This document shows, in pieces, positions 19,100 to 29,007 of a stretch of 64,000 nt of DNA. Where the stretch lies: positions 36,498 to 100,497 of the forward strand of contig JAZSIR010000022.1 of NCBI GenBank assembly GCA_045533905.1, given 5' to 3'. The position numbers and the translations under genes were made by a program. Position 1 is the stretch's first letter; every line of letters starts with the position of its first letter. The stretch is from Clostridia bacterium (GTDB lineage Bacteria; Bacillota; Clostridia; UMGS1883; UMGS1540). The notes below the pieces were generated by a model. That model saw only the letters and a program-made list of their open reading frames with translations, was not told where the DNA came from and ran no database searches.

Positions 19100-20119
19100 T
19101 TAATATTTGCGTTTGGAAATACTTACGTTTTCGCGAAGAGCATCAATATTATCGAGCGCTTTGCCCGTACCGATGGCAACGCAGGAAATAGCATCCTCTG
19201 CGATGCGCACGCTGATGCCCGTCTCCTTCTGGAGAAGAAGGTCAAGCCCGTGAATGAGCGAGCCGCCGCCCGTAAGTACGATACCTGCATTACTGATATC
19301 ACCCACAAGCTCCGGCGGTGTTTTTTCCAAAACGGAGTGGACAGCATCCACAATTGCGGTGGCCGGTTCCTCAAGCGCCTCAAGCATTTCCGAGGAAGAA
19401 ACCGTAGCGGTTTTCGGAAGGCCTGTTACAAGGCAACGCCCGCGGATTTCCATCGTTTCGTTTTCTTCGCGCGGGTACACACAGCCGATTTTGATTTTCA
19501 TATCTTCTGCCGTGCGGTCACCAATCGAAATGTTGTGCTTTTTACGGATGTAGCGAACGAGCGTTTCGTCAAAAGCGTCACCCGCGACCTTAATCGAGTT
19601 ACTTACTACGATACCGCCAAGCGAGATAACCGCAACGTCACTCGTGCCGCCGCCGATATCGACGACCATACTGCCGTACGGCTTTGCAATATCAAGGCCT
19701 GCCCCGATTGCCGCGGCAATCGGTTCTTCGATGAGATGGACGCGTCTCGCGCCTGCCTGCATCGCCGCATCGATTACGGCGCGCTCCTCTACTTCTGTGA
19801 CGCCGCTCGGCACACAGACGATGACATTGGGGCGGAAAAGGCGCTTGTTGCAAACCTTCTTAAGGAAATATTTCAGCATTTTTTCTGTGGTGTCATAATC
19901 GGAAATAACCCCGTCACGAAGGGGACGGATGGCTACGATGTTGCCCGGCGTGCGCCCGATCATACGCTGTGCCTCAAGCCCTACCTCCTGGACTTTGCCG
20001 GTGTTCTTGTCAATCGAAACAACCGAGGGCTCTTTGAGGACGATGCCGCGGCCGCGTACATAGACAAGTACGCTTGCGGTACCAAGGTCGATACCGATAT
20101 CCTGTTTGTATCCAAACAT
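19100..20119 (-). CDS. mbl: MreB-family rod shape protein (Mbl-like)
   Basis: IGIDLGTA, EPSVV, RPLRDGVI, EEPIAAAIGAG, DIGGGT, LTGGG; no mreCD alongside. Confidence 0.85.
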   Translation of the reverse strand: MFGYKQDIGIDLGTASVLVYVRGRGIVLKEPSVVSIDKNTGKVQEVGLEAQRMIGRTPGNIVAIRPLRDGVISDYDTTEKMLKYFLKKVCNKRLFRPNVIVCVPSGVTEVEERAVIDAAMQAGARRVHLIEEPIAAAIGAGLDIAKPYGSMVVDIGGGTSDVAVISLGGIVVSNSIKVAGDAFDETLVRYIRKKHNISIGDRTAEDMKIKIGCVYPREENETMEIRGRCLVTGLPKTATVSSSEMLEALEEPATAIVDAVHSVLEKTPPELVGDISNAGIVLTGGGSLIHGLDLLLQKETGISVRIAEDAISCVAIGTGKALDNIDALRENVSISKRKY

Positions 20120-20234
20120 ATTAAAAACCTCCTGTGTGGATTTTCGTGCAATACCGTGCCACGCGGGCACGCTGTTTTTTTATTATACAGTTTTTTCTGA
20201 AAGAAAGCAAATTTTTTTGAAAAACTTTCGCCTT

Positions 20235-20864
20235 TTATATTTCCCTGTCTGCTGCATCCGTCAGAAAATGGCGGGTGTAGCGGCAAAAACCGGGGGCATA
20301 GCCGGGAATTTCCTTTTCCATCGCATCGAGCACCGCGGAAGGCTTCAGATTGCGGGTGCTGCCTGTGGCAAGGCGGAGAAAAAGGCTGTCGCCTTCTATT
20401 CTCGCTTCGAAAATATCCGGACGGATATCCGTAAGCTTTACGCCGCTTTTCGTGCGCTTTTCGATGCAGATTTCTTCTTTTTCCATAAAGGCGCGGAGTT
20501 CTTCTGCCGTCGGCAGCTTTTCGGGCGTGGCCGTATACACACCGCGCTCGATTTTTGCAAAATTGTTTCTCTCGCACAAGGTGACTTCCACAATGTCAAT
20601 GCCCCCGGGCATTTTCGCGGAAAGTCTTTCTTTTATGTCGGGGCATTCCTCTGTCATCTCCACCTCAAAAAGCTCGCGCTCGCCCCATACGCCTACGCCG
20701 AGCGGCTGGGCAAAGGAAAGGCACGGGTGGGGATTGAAGCCTTCGGAAAATTTAAGGGGCAATTCGGCCCTTCGCATCGCGCGCTGAATAAGGCGCAAAA
20801 AGTCGAGATGCGAAACGAACTTTGCATCGCCCCGTTTTGCATAGCGAACAATATATTTATGCAT
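20235..20864 (-). CDS. TIGR03936/DUF2344 radical SAM-associated protein
   Basis: KFVSHLD..R...RA.RRA.LP..FSEGFNPHP...FA..L..G. Confidence 0.88.
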   Translation of the reverse strand: MHKYIVRYAKRGDAKFVSHLDFLRLIQRAMRRAELPLKFSEGFNPHPCLSFAQPLGVGVWGERELFEVEMTEECPDIKERLSAKMPGGIDIVEVTLCERNNFAKIERGVYTATPEKLPTAEELRAFMEKEEICIEKRTKSGVKLTDIRPDIFEARIEGDSLFLRLATGSTRNLKPSAVLDAMEKEIPGYAPGFCRYTRHFLTDAADREI

Positions 20865-22680
20865 GGCAGACACCTGCTTTCATCGAAGCGGCGCCACAGC
20901 CGCTGCATTTTTCGCGGCAGTTCGGCGTAACAACGCCCTCTGCGGCGCGCTCCCACTCGCGAAGGAGGAAGGATTTCGCCACACCAATATCGACGATATC
21001 CCAAGGAAGCGCCTCGTCCTCACCTCTCGCTCTTGTGTACATTTCCATCGAAATGCCACATTCCGAAAACGCTTTCTCCCAGCGTGCGAAATCAAAATGC
21101 TCGCTCCAGCCGTCAAACCGACAGCCAAGCTCTACCGCACGTTCGAGTACGCGCCCGAGCCGTCTGTCGCCACGGGCAAATACGCCCTCAAGTACGCTGA
21201 GCTTCGATTCGTGATAGTTTATCGTAAGGCGCTTGGAGCGCACGGTGCCGCAAAGAATTTCCTGCTTCTTCCGAAGCTCTTCCACGGTGTTTTGCGCCGC
21301 CCACTGAAACGGCGTGTGCGGCTTTGGCACAAACGAAGATACGCTCGCCGTTACCTGCACGGGCTTTTCGCCCTTCTCCCGCGGGATTTCAAACGAGGTG
21401 TCCACCACTTTTTTCGCAAGAAGCGGAATACCGGCCACATCCTCCTCTGTCTCATAGGGAAGGCCGATCATAAAATACAGCTTCAGATTCTTGTAGCCGC
21501 CGCCAAACGCGATGCGGGCAGATTCCAGCACATTTTCTTCCGTGAGGCCTTTATTGATTACATCGCGCATACGCTGCGTGCCGGCTTCGGGCGCGAAGGT
21601 AAGGCCGGTTTTGCGCACCTTCTGGATTCTCTGCATCAGCTCCATCGAGAAGTTGTCCACGCGGAGGGAAGGCAGCGCAAGGCTTATTTTTTTCGCCTCG
21701 GTCATATCGAGAAGCTTCTCGGTAAAGGGCCCGAGGCACGTATAATCACTTGTGGAAAGCGAAAGGAGAGAAATTTCCTCATACCCCGTATATTCCAGAA
21801 GCTTTTTGGAAAGCTCGAGCAGTCTCTCTGGCGATTTTTCGCGCACAGGGCGGTAAATCATCCCGGCCTGGCAAAATCTGCAGCCGCGGATGCAGCCGCG
21901 GAACATCTCAAGGGAAACACGGTCGTGCACCACTTCGCCGTAGGGCACAATCTGTGTTTCGGGGTAGAAGCACGCATCCATATCTTTTACAATGCGCTTT
22001 TTCACTTTTTCGGGGGCTTTGTCGGAAAGGCGGCGAAAGCCTCCGAATTTCTCGCCGTCATAGGAAGGCTCATAAAACGCGGGCACATACACGCCTTCAA
22101 TCCCTGCCACGGTTTCAAGGAACGCCGATTTCGGCGCGCCGCTATCCTTCCAAACGCTAAAGGCATCAAGGATTTCCATATTGACCTCTTCGCCCTCGCC
22201 GAGGATGAAAAAGTCGATAAAATCCGCCATCGGCTCGGGATTTAGCGCGCAGGAGCCGCCGGCACAGATAAACGGGAAGTTTTCCGTGCGGTCTTCTCTT
22301 CTGATCGGGATGCGGGCAAGGCGCAGCATTGCAAGCACATTTGTGTAGGACATTTCATACTGCAGCGAAAAACCGAGCATATCAAAGACGGAAAGCGGGT
22401 CGCGGCTTTCAAGCGCAAAAAGCGGCATATCGTTTTTGGCCATTTCGTCCATCATATCGTCCCACGGCATAAAGGCGCGCTCGCACCACGTATCCTCGCG
22501 CGAATTTTTCAGATGGTATAAAATCCGAAGGCCGAGGTGGCTCATCCCCACCTCGTAAAGGTCAGGAAAGCACATGGCAAAGCGGATTTTTACCTCCGCC
22601 GGATTTTTATAAACAGCGCCGTATTCGCCGCCGATATAGCGCACCGGCTTCTGCACGGCGGTCAGCATTTTTTCAAACAT
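20857..22680 (-). CDS. TIGR03960-family B12-binding radical SAM protein
   Basis: KP.RYIGGE, FPD.YEVGMSHLG, RGCIRGCRFC, FAPEAG..R.R.VINK, FVPKPHTPFQW. Confidence 0.9.
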   Translation of the reverse strand: MFEKMLTAVQKPVRYIGGEYGAVYKNPAEVKIRFAMCFPDLYEVGMSHLGLRILYHLKNSREDTWCERAFMPWDDMMDEMAKNDMPLFALESRDPLSVFDMLGFSLQYEMSYTNVLAMLRLARIPIRREDRTENFPFICAGGSCALNPEPMADFIDFFILGEGEEVNMEILDAFSVWKDSGAPKSAFLETVAGIEGVYVPAFYEPSYDGEKFGGFRRLSDKAPEKVKKRIVKDMDACFYPETQIVPYGEVVHDRVSLEMFRGCIRGCRFCQAGMIYRPVREKSPERLLELSKKLLEYTGYEEISLLSLSTSDYTCLGPFTEKLLDMTEAKKISLALPSLRVDNFSMELMQRIQKVRKTGLTFAPEAGTQRMRDVINKGLTEENVLESARIAFGGGYKNLKLYFMIGLPYETEEDVAGIPLLAKKVVDTSFEIPREKGEKPVQVTASVSSFVPKPHTPFQWAAQNTVEELRKKQEILCGTVRSKRLTINYHESKLSVLEGVFARGDRRLGRVLERAVELGCRFDGWSEHFDFARWEKAFSECGISMEMYTRARGEDEALPWDIVDIGVAKSFLLREWERAAEGVVTPNCREKCSGCGAASMKAGVCHA

Positions 22681-22693
22681 AAGTCGCCCTCGT

Positions 22694-23974
22694 TTACTGA
22701 TATTTATTGCGTCTTCTCATCTCCGCCATCTTGCGGCGGCGGCTTCTCGCGCGGGCACGCCGCAGGCGGCGGGCAAACACGATAAAGAAGAGAAGAATCA
22801 GGATGCCCCATACCCAGACGGACGAGAAGATCCAACTGAAAAAGCGCGAGATAAGTCCCTGCTTTTCAATTTCTTCGTCTGCAAGAAGGTAGGCCTTGCC
22901 TACGACGATATCGCCGTAGCGGTATTCAAGCTTACCGATAACATCGCCCACGTGCACGGGAGCCTCAAGGTCTGTTTTGATATATTCGAGCCGCTCCGCA
23001 CCTTCCGCGGAAACGCCCGGCGGGAGGCAGATGGAAATATTCTCCGCCGTTCTGCCCGCTACCACCTTTGTGCCCTTTGCGCGCTGTACGGGAATATCCC
23101 ATACAAGCGTGCCGGCCGGCGCCAGAATCTGCGGTGCACATTCCTCGGCACCAAAGCGGAGAAGCGCGCGGCTGTCCACAAACGACATCGTCTGCCCCTC
23201 AATGCTTTCTGCGCCCATAACAACGCTTATGTAGGTTGCTCCGTCCGTTTCCGCCGCGGCCACGAGGCAGCTCTTGGCTCTGTCGGTGTACCCCGTCTTT
23301 ACCCCGATGGCATCGGCATAATAGTAGGGGCTCTGCGGGTTCAGAAGATGGTTCGTGGAATTGCAGTAGCGCACCTCTTCGTACTTATCCGTCGGTTCAA
23401 GGATGTACTGGCGCGTCTCTATAATATCGCGGAAATGCGGAAGCGAGAGCGCGTGGCGGGTAAGAATTGCGAGGTCGTAGGCTGTGGTGTAATGATTATC
23501 GTCATGCAGGCCATGTGTATTTACAAAATGCGTGTTCTTTGCGCCGAGCTCGGCGGCGCGGGTGTTCATCTTTTCCACAAACGCGTCAATATCGCCCGCG
23601 ATATGCTCGGCGATGACGTTTGCGGAATCGTTTGCGGAGCAGACAAGGAGCGTGTAGACCATATCCTTTAGGGTAAACGTCTCGCCCTCAAAAAGGCCTG
23701 CCTTACTGCTATCATAGCTTATGGAGTTTACGGCGTCAAAGCTGACCGTAACCATCTCGTCCATATTCCCGTTTTCAAGGGCCAGTATGGCCGTCATAAT
23801 CTTTGTGGTGCTGGCGGGATATGCTTTTTGATGCGCATTTCTTTCATAGAGCACAATCCCTGTTTTCGCGTCGATTAAAATCGCCTCGGGCGCGGAGACC
23901 GAGGGCGCAGCCAGACCGACTTGCGCCAAAAGCGGAAGCAGCAACAGAAAAAGCGCTAAAAGCTTTCGTTTCAA
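22694..23974 (-). CDS. D-alanyl-D-alanine carboxypeptidase (peptidase S11) with C-terminal membrane anchor
   Basis: PASTTK (SxxK), SAND (SxN), KTG motifs; signal peptide and C-terminal TM segment. Confidence 0.9.
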   Translation of the reverse strand: MKRKLLALFLLLLPLLAQVGLAAPSVSAPEAILIDAKTGIVLYERNAHQKAYPASTTKIMTAILALENGNMDEMVTVSFDAVNSISYDSSKAGLFEGETFTLKDMVYTLLVCSANDSANVIAEHIAGDIDAFVEKMNTRAAELGAKNTHFVNTHGLHDDNHYTTAYDLAILTRHALSLPHFRDIIETRQYILEPTDKYEEVRYCNSTNHLLNPQSPYYYADAIGVKTGYTDRAKSCLVAAAETDGATYISVVMGAESIEGQTMSFVDSRALLRFGAEECAPQILAPAGTLVWDIPVQRAKGTKVVAGRTAENISICLPPGVSAEGAERLEYIKTDLEAPVHVGDVIGKLEYRYGDIVVGKAYLLADEEIEKQGLISRFFSWIFSSVWVWGILILLFFIVFARRLRRARARSRRRKMAEMRRRNKYQ

Positions 23975-24127
23975 AACAAATCCTCCTTCGTAACACCTTA
24001 AAATAAAATATTTTAATTTAGGATTGAAATATACCGGATAATGTTATATAATATACCAAATAGAGGCTAAAAGCAAGGCTTTTTTGGAAAAAAGCGTGAA
24101 AACAGGGCAGGAAAGGAGCCTTTTAGG

Positions 24128-24805
24128 GTGAAAATTTTAATTGTTGACGATGAAAAGCTTTTGGTAAAAGGCATAAAGTTCAATTTTGAGCAGGAAGGCT
24201 TTTTGGTGGAGGCTGCATATGACGGCGAGGAAGCATTAAAGCTTGCGCGCGACAAAAGCATCGACCTTATCATCCTGGATTTAATGCTCCCGAAGGTAGA
24301 CGGGCTTTCCGTCTGCCAGAAAATCCGCGAGTTTTCCCGCGTGCCGATTATTATGCTCACGGCCAAAACCGAGGATATGGATAAAATTATGGGCCTTGAG
24401 TACGGCGCGGATGACTATATGACAAAGCCGTTTAATATCTTAGAGCTGAAGGCGCGCGTAAAAGCCATTTTGCGCCGCGCACAAAAGAGCGACGGCAAGG
24501 CCGCAAAGGATGGCGGCAGAAGTGCCGCGCTTGACTATAACCTCAGAAAAGTACGTATTGGCGACAAGTGGGTAGAGCTTACGGCGAAGGAGTTTGATCT
24601 TATCGACCTCCTCGTTTCAAACGCCGGCCGCGTCTATTCCCGCGAAAGCCTTCTCGATATTGTGTGGGGGTACGATTATCCCGGGGATATCCGCACGGTG
24701 GACGTGCACGTGCGGCGTCTGCGCGAGAAAATCGAGCCGAACCCCGCCGAGCCGCAGTTTATTATCACCAAGTGGGGGGTAGGATACTATTTTAGAGAAA
24801 GCTAA
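24128..24805 (+). CDS. OmpR-family response regulator
   Basis: VDDE, LDLMLP, KPF, RTVDVHVRRLREKIE, WGVGY. Confidence 0.93.
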   Translation: MKILIVDDEKLLVKGIKFNFEQEGFLVEAAYDGEEALKLARDKSIDLIILDLMLPKVDGLSVCQKIREFSRVPIIMLTAKTEDMDKIMGLEYGADDYMTKPFNILELKARVKAILRRAQKSDGKAAKDGGRSAALDYNLRKVRIGDKWVELTAKEFDLIDLLVSNAGRVYSRESLLDIVWGYDYPGDIRTVDVHVRRLREKIEPNPAEPQFIITKWGVGYYFRES

Positions 24806-24836
24806 ACACTTCTTTTTCGGCATTCGTCTCCGCCTT

Positions 24837-26216
24837 GTGGCCTCCTACTTTGCCGTAATTGCCCTCTCCCTTACCATTATGATCCTGTTCATTCTGGCAT
24901 CGGTGCAGGGGTACAGCATCAAAAACCGCAGTGCGGAAATGCTGGAGGAAGCAAATATTCTGGCCGGTTTTTCGGCCGATTATGTGACGGGCCGTGCGGA
25001 CATTGCCGCGTTTGCGCCCTCCCTGTATATTGAAAACTATGATGCCCGCGTTTTGCTTCTCGACCGTGACGGGCGCATTTTGGCCGACACGGGCGACGCC
25101 GCACAGCGCGGAAAAATCCTTGCGGCCCCGTGGCTTTTACGCGCGCTTTCGGGCGAGAATGTCACGCGTGAGGTAGAGGAGGGCGGCTTGCACTTTCTCG
25201 GTGCGGGCGTGCCCGTATACAGTGGCACCCGCGTGGTCGGCGCACTTTTACTGAAAGCCTCCACAGAGGATTTATACACCTATTTTGCGCATCTCCGCAG
25301 CCGCCTTATCGGCATTGCCGCGGTGGCGCTTCTCCTTCTGGTTGCGTTCGGTATGCTGATTTCTTCCGTTTTCACCGCGCCCATCTCGCGCCTTACGGTG
25401 CAGATTAAAGAGATGAGCGAAACGGATGCGCGAAAGCTGACGGAGGAAGGCGGCACCACCGAAATCCGCGAGCTCGTTTCCGCGTTTAACCTTATGGTGG
25501 AGCGGATTGACGATATTGATAGTCGCCGGCAGGAATTCGTTTCGAATGCCTCGCACGAGCTCAAAACCCCGCTTTCGTCCATTAAGCTCATCTGCGACTC
25601 GCTGATCCAGAACCCCGATGCGGACCCCGCGATGGTGCGCGAGTTTTTATCCGATATGAACGGGCAGGTGGACAGACTCACCCGCATTGTCAACAAGCTT
25701 TTAAGCCTTACAAAGCTCGATGCAGACACGGATGAGGCGGAGATTTTCACCTTCTCCACCGTAAACCTCCAGGTGCTTGTGCAGGATGTGGTCCGTGCGC
25801 TTTCGCCCCTTGCAGAAAAGAAAAATATACAGATAGAAACCCACCTTCCCGACAGTATCTTCCACCGCGTGGATGCAGACAAGATGTGGGAGGCGGTTTA
25901 CAATATTCTCGATAACAGCATCAAATATACGCCCGAGGACGGGCGCGTGTATTTGGAAATGTACCGCGATGAAGAGAACGTTTTCATCACCATTGCCGAC
26001 AGTGGCATCGGGCTTGCGGAAACGGAGTTTGCCAAGATTTTTGACCGCTTCTACCGCGTAGACAAGGCCCGCGCCAGAGAAACAGGCGGCACAGGCCTCG
26101 GCCTTTCCATTGCGCTCGGCGCGGTGGAGCTGCACGGCGGCTACATTGAAGTGGAAAGCCGTGAGGAGGAAGGCAGTCTTTTCCGCATTATCCTTCCCGT
26201 CTCGCACGATTTGTAA
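24837..26216 (+). CDS. HAMP sensor histidine kinase (true start may be upstream, at ATT 24789)
   Basis: Two TM segments, SHELKTPL H-box, N-box, DSGIG, FYRVDKAR, GGTGLGL. Confidence 0.9.
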   Translation: MASYFAVIALSLTIMILFILASVQGYSIKNRSAEMLEEANILAGFSADYVTGRADIAAFAPSLYIENYDARVLLLDRDGRILADTGDAAQRGKILAAPWLLRALSGENVTREVEEGGLHFLGAGVPVYSGTRVVGALLLKASTEDLYTYFAHLRSRLIGIAAVALLLLVAFGMLISSVFTAPISRLTVQIKEMSETDARKLTEEGGTTEIRELVSAFNLMVERIDDIDSRRQEFVSNASHELKTPLSSIKLICDSLIQNPDADPAMVREFLSDMNGQVDRLTRIVNKLLSLTKLDADTDEAEIFTFSTVNLQVLVQDVVRALSPLAEKKNIQIETHLPDSIFHRVDADKMWEAVYNILDNSIKYTPEDGRVYLEMYRDEENVFITIADSGIGLAETEFAKIFDRFYRVDKARARETGGTGLGLSIALGAVELHGGYIEVESREEEGSLFRIILPVSHDL

Positions 26217-26228
26217 AGGAGAACGCAT

Positions 26229-27116
26229 ATGAAAAAACTTTTGCTTTTTATACTCGCGCTCTGCTTTCTCACCGGCTGTGCCTCCGGGCCACGCGGCCGT
26301 GTCAGTTTATACTTTGCCGCCGGCGGCGATGAAATCCGTGAAGAATCCCGCACGGTGACGCTCGAAGGGAGCGTTCTGGAAACGGCGATACGGGCGCTTC
26401 TGGAAGGGCCCAAAAAGCCCGGTATGACGCGGGTGATTCCGAAGGGTACAGAGCTTCTCGGCATTACGATGCGCGGCACCGTGGCGGAAATCAACCTTTC
26501 CGCACCGTTTGATACGGGCACGGATGCGGACCGGCTTCTTGCCCGCTACACAGTAATTTATACGGCCTCGGCCGTGCGCGAGGTGGGTAAGGTCCTCTTG
26601 CTTGTGGACGGGAAACCGCTTTCAAGTCTCCAGACCGGCGAACGCCTCGGCGCACTTGGACGGGAGGATCTTGCGCTTTTCTCGCCCGAAAGCGGCACCG
26701 AAGCCCTTCTGACCTTGTATTTTACAGACGAGACGGCCTCCTTCCTTCTCCCCGAAGCACGGAAGGTTTCTCTTTCGGAGGGACATTCCGCGGCGGAAGC
26801 CGTGGTGACGGAGCTTGTGCGCGGTCCCTCTTCCTCGCATCTGGCACCTACGCTGCCGGAGGAGGTGCGTGTACTCTCGGCAGAAATCCGCGCCGGCGTC
26901 TGCTTTGTAAACCTCTCCCGCGCCTTTTGGGATGTGGCAGAGGAAGCGCCGAAGAAAACAGCGCTCTCGGTCTATTCCATTGTAAATTCTCTCACGGCGC
27001 TTCCCGAAATCAGCGAGGTACATTTCCTCATCGAAGGGAAAACGGCCGGAAAATTCGGACAGTTTGAATTCAGCCGCGGCTTTACGGAAAACAGCGCGTT
27101 ATACCCGCCGGCTTAA
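26229..27116 (+). CDS. Lipoprotein with two GerMN domains
   Basis: Lipobox LTGC; duplicated LYF...E.R...L..GP...NLS..F...V..L..G pattern. Confidence 0.85.
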   Translation: MKKLLLFILALCFLTGCASGPRGRVSLYFAAGGDEIREESRTVTLEGSVLETAIRALLEGPKKPGMTRVIPKGTELLGITMRGTVAEINLSAPFDTGTDADRLLARYTVIYTASAVREVGKVLLLVDGKPLSSLQTGERLGALGREDLALFSPESGTEALLTLYFTDETASFLLPEARKVSLSEGHSAAEAVVTELVRGPSSSHLAPTLPEEVRVLSAEIRAGVCFVNLSRAFWDVAEEAPKKTALSVYSIVNSLTALPEISEVHFLIEGKTAGKFGQFEFSRGFTENSALYPPA

Positions 27117-27134
27117 AAAGAAAGGAACCATTGT

Positions 27135-28478
27135 ATGAATCGCACATTTGATGATCTTTGCACGGCCGCCCGCGCCGCATACTCCATAGAGGGCGAGCTC
27201 TATCCGCGCTATAACGTAAAGCGCGGCCTCCGTAACGCCGATAATACGGGCGTACTCGTCGGTCTTACCAACATCGGCGATGCTCACGGCTATATCGTAA
27301 ACGAAGGCGATAAGATTCCGGACAGGGGCATCCTCCGCTACCGCGGCATTGATGTTTTTGATATCGTCCGCGCCTGCCGCGAGGAGGACAGACACGGCTT
27401 TGAGGAAATTACATACCTTCTTCTCTTCGGCGTACTGCCGACAAAGGAGGAGCTTGCGCACTTCACGAGCTACCTCGGTGCGCACCGCACACTGCCCGAG
27501 GGCTTTACCGAGGATATGATTCTGAAGGCCCCGAGCCAGAATATTATGAATAAGCTCGCCCGCAGTGTTCTGGCAAGCTATTCGTATGACGAGAATCCCG
27601 ACGATGTTTCCCTTGAAAATATGCTGCGCCAGTCGATTGCGCTGATTGCGCGCATCCCCACGATGGTCACATACGGCTACTATGCTAAGGCACATTACTA
27701 TGACCAGAAGAGTCTCATCATCCACTCGCCGAATCCCGAGCTTTCCACGGCGGAAAATATTCTCTATATGATCCGCCCTGACAATCAGTTTACAAAGCTT
27801 GAGGCCGACACGCTTGACGAATGTCTCATCATCCACGCCGAGCACGGCGGCGGTAATAACTCTTCCTTCACCACGCACGTGGTTTCCTCCACGGGTACGG
27901 ATACATATTCCGCAATCGCCTCGGCCATCGGCTCCCTCAAAGGCCCCCTCCACGGCGGCGCCAACATCAAGGTCCGCGAGATGATTGACGATTTCAAAAA
28001 GAACATAAAGGATATCACAAGCCGCGAAGAAGTGGGCGCCTACATCGAAAGGATTCTCCGGAAAGAAGCGTTTGACGGCGCAGGCCTCGTCTATGGTATG
28101 GGCCACGCCATCTATACTTTAAGCGACCCGCGCGCCGTAATTCTCAAAGAAAAGGCGAAGGAGCTCGCACGCGTTAAAGGCCGCGAGGACGAATTTGTGC
28201 TCTACGAGCTTATCGAAACGCTCACGCCCGAGCTTTTTGCCAAGGTCAAGGGCGTGGAAAAGGATATGTGCGCAAATGTCGACCTTTATTCGGGCTTTGT
28301 ATACAGTATGCTCGGTATTCCGCACGAACTGTATACGCCGCTTTTCGCTATTTCCCGCACGGCAGGCTGGTGTGCCCACCGCATGGAAGAAGTGCTCACG
28401 GGCGGCAAAATTATCCGTCCTGCTTACAAGAACGTATTCAAAAAGAAGGACTACACGGCTATGGCCGAAAGAAAATAA
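27135..28478 (+). CDS. gltA: Citrate synthase family protein
   Basis: L.YRG, HAEHGGGNNS, LKGPLHGGAN, YGMGHAIY..SDPRA, NVDLYSG. Confidence 0.88.
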   Translation: MNRTFDDLCTAARAAYSIEGELYPRYNVKRGLRNADNTGVLVGLTNIGDAHGYIVNEGDKIPDRGILRYRGIDVFDIVRACREEDRHGFEEITYLLLFGVLPTKEELAHFTSYLGAHRTLPEGFTEDMILKAPSQNIMNKLARSVLASYSYDENPDDVSLENMLRQSIALIARIPTMVTYGYYAKAHYYDQKSLIIHSPNPELSTAENILYMIRPDNQFTKLEADTLDECLIIHAEHGGGNNSSFTTHVVSSTGTDTYSAIASAIGSLKGPLHGGANIKVREMIDDFKKNIKDITSREEVGAYIERILRKEAFDGAGLVYGMGHAIYTLSDPRAVILKEKAKELARVKGREDEFVLYELIETLTPELFAKVKGVEKDMCANVDLYSGFVYSMLGIPHELYTPLFAISRTAGWCAHRMEEVLTGGKIIRPAYKNVFKKKDYTAMAERK

Positions 28479-28493
28479 AAGGAGGAAGCACAG

Positions 28494-28847
28494 ATGGATT
28501 TCTTTGAAAATCTGAAGGAGAAAATCACAACGACCGCACGCGGCGCCAAAGAGAAGGGCGAAGCCATTGTGGAGATTACAAAGCGCCGCGCCGCCATCGC
28601 AGAGAAAGAAAGCGAAATCAGCAAAAACTTCCGTCATATGGGTGAAGCCTTATATGAAGCCTACAAAACGGGCGAGGATGCAGGCGATTTTCCCGCACTT
28701 TGCGCGGAGATTGACGATGCCTATGCACAGATCGAGGAGCTTTCTGCCCGCGCACGCGCCCTTCGCAACGTGAAGGTTTGCCCGGTGTGCAAGAAGGAAA
28801 TGGATAAGGATGCGGTATTTTGCTCCATCTGCGGCGCTAAGTTTTAG
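28494..28847 (+). CDS. Coiled-coil protein with C-terminal zinc ribbon
   Basis: CPVC...FCSICG; RBS AGGAGG. Confidence 0.8.
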   Translation: MDFFENLKEKITTTARGAKEKGEAIVEITKRRAAIAEKESEISKNFRHMGEALYEAYKTGEDAGDFPALCAEIDDAYAQIEELSARARALRNVKVCPVCKKEMDKDAVFCSICGAKF

Positions 28848-29007
28848 GGAATGTAAAAAAAGTCCAGACCGCAAAAGGCAAAGAAAATAAAATAGTTGGG
28901 AAATTCGCCCCGTAAGAGATTTCTTTTGCGGGGCGAAAAATTTCACTACGTTCCATTTTTCTCGATTTTCACGCCTTTTGCTATGCGAAAACTTTGCCGC
29001 TCGGCGA

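Noticed and set aside
20863-22245. 460-aa antisense ORF and similar shadow ORFs (e.g. 19250-20200, 27099-28106, 35960-36853, 47737-48642)
   Set aside because: They fully overlap well-supported genes on the opposite strand, which is typical of GC-rich codon bias.
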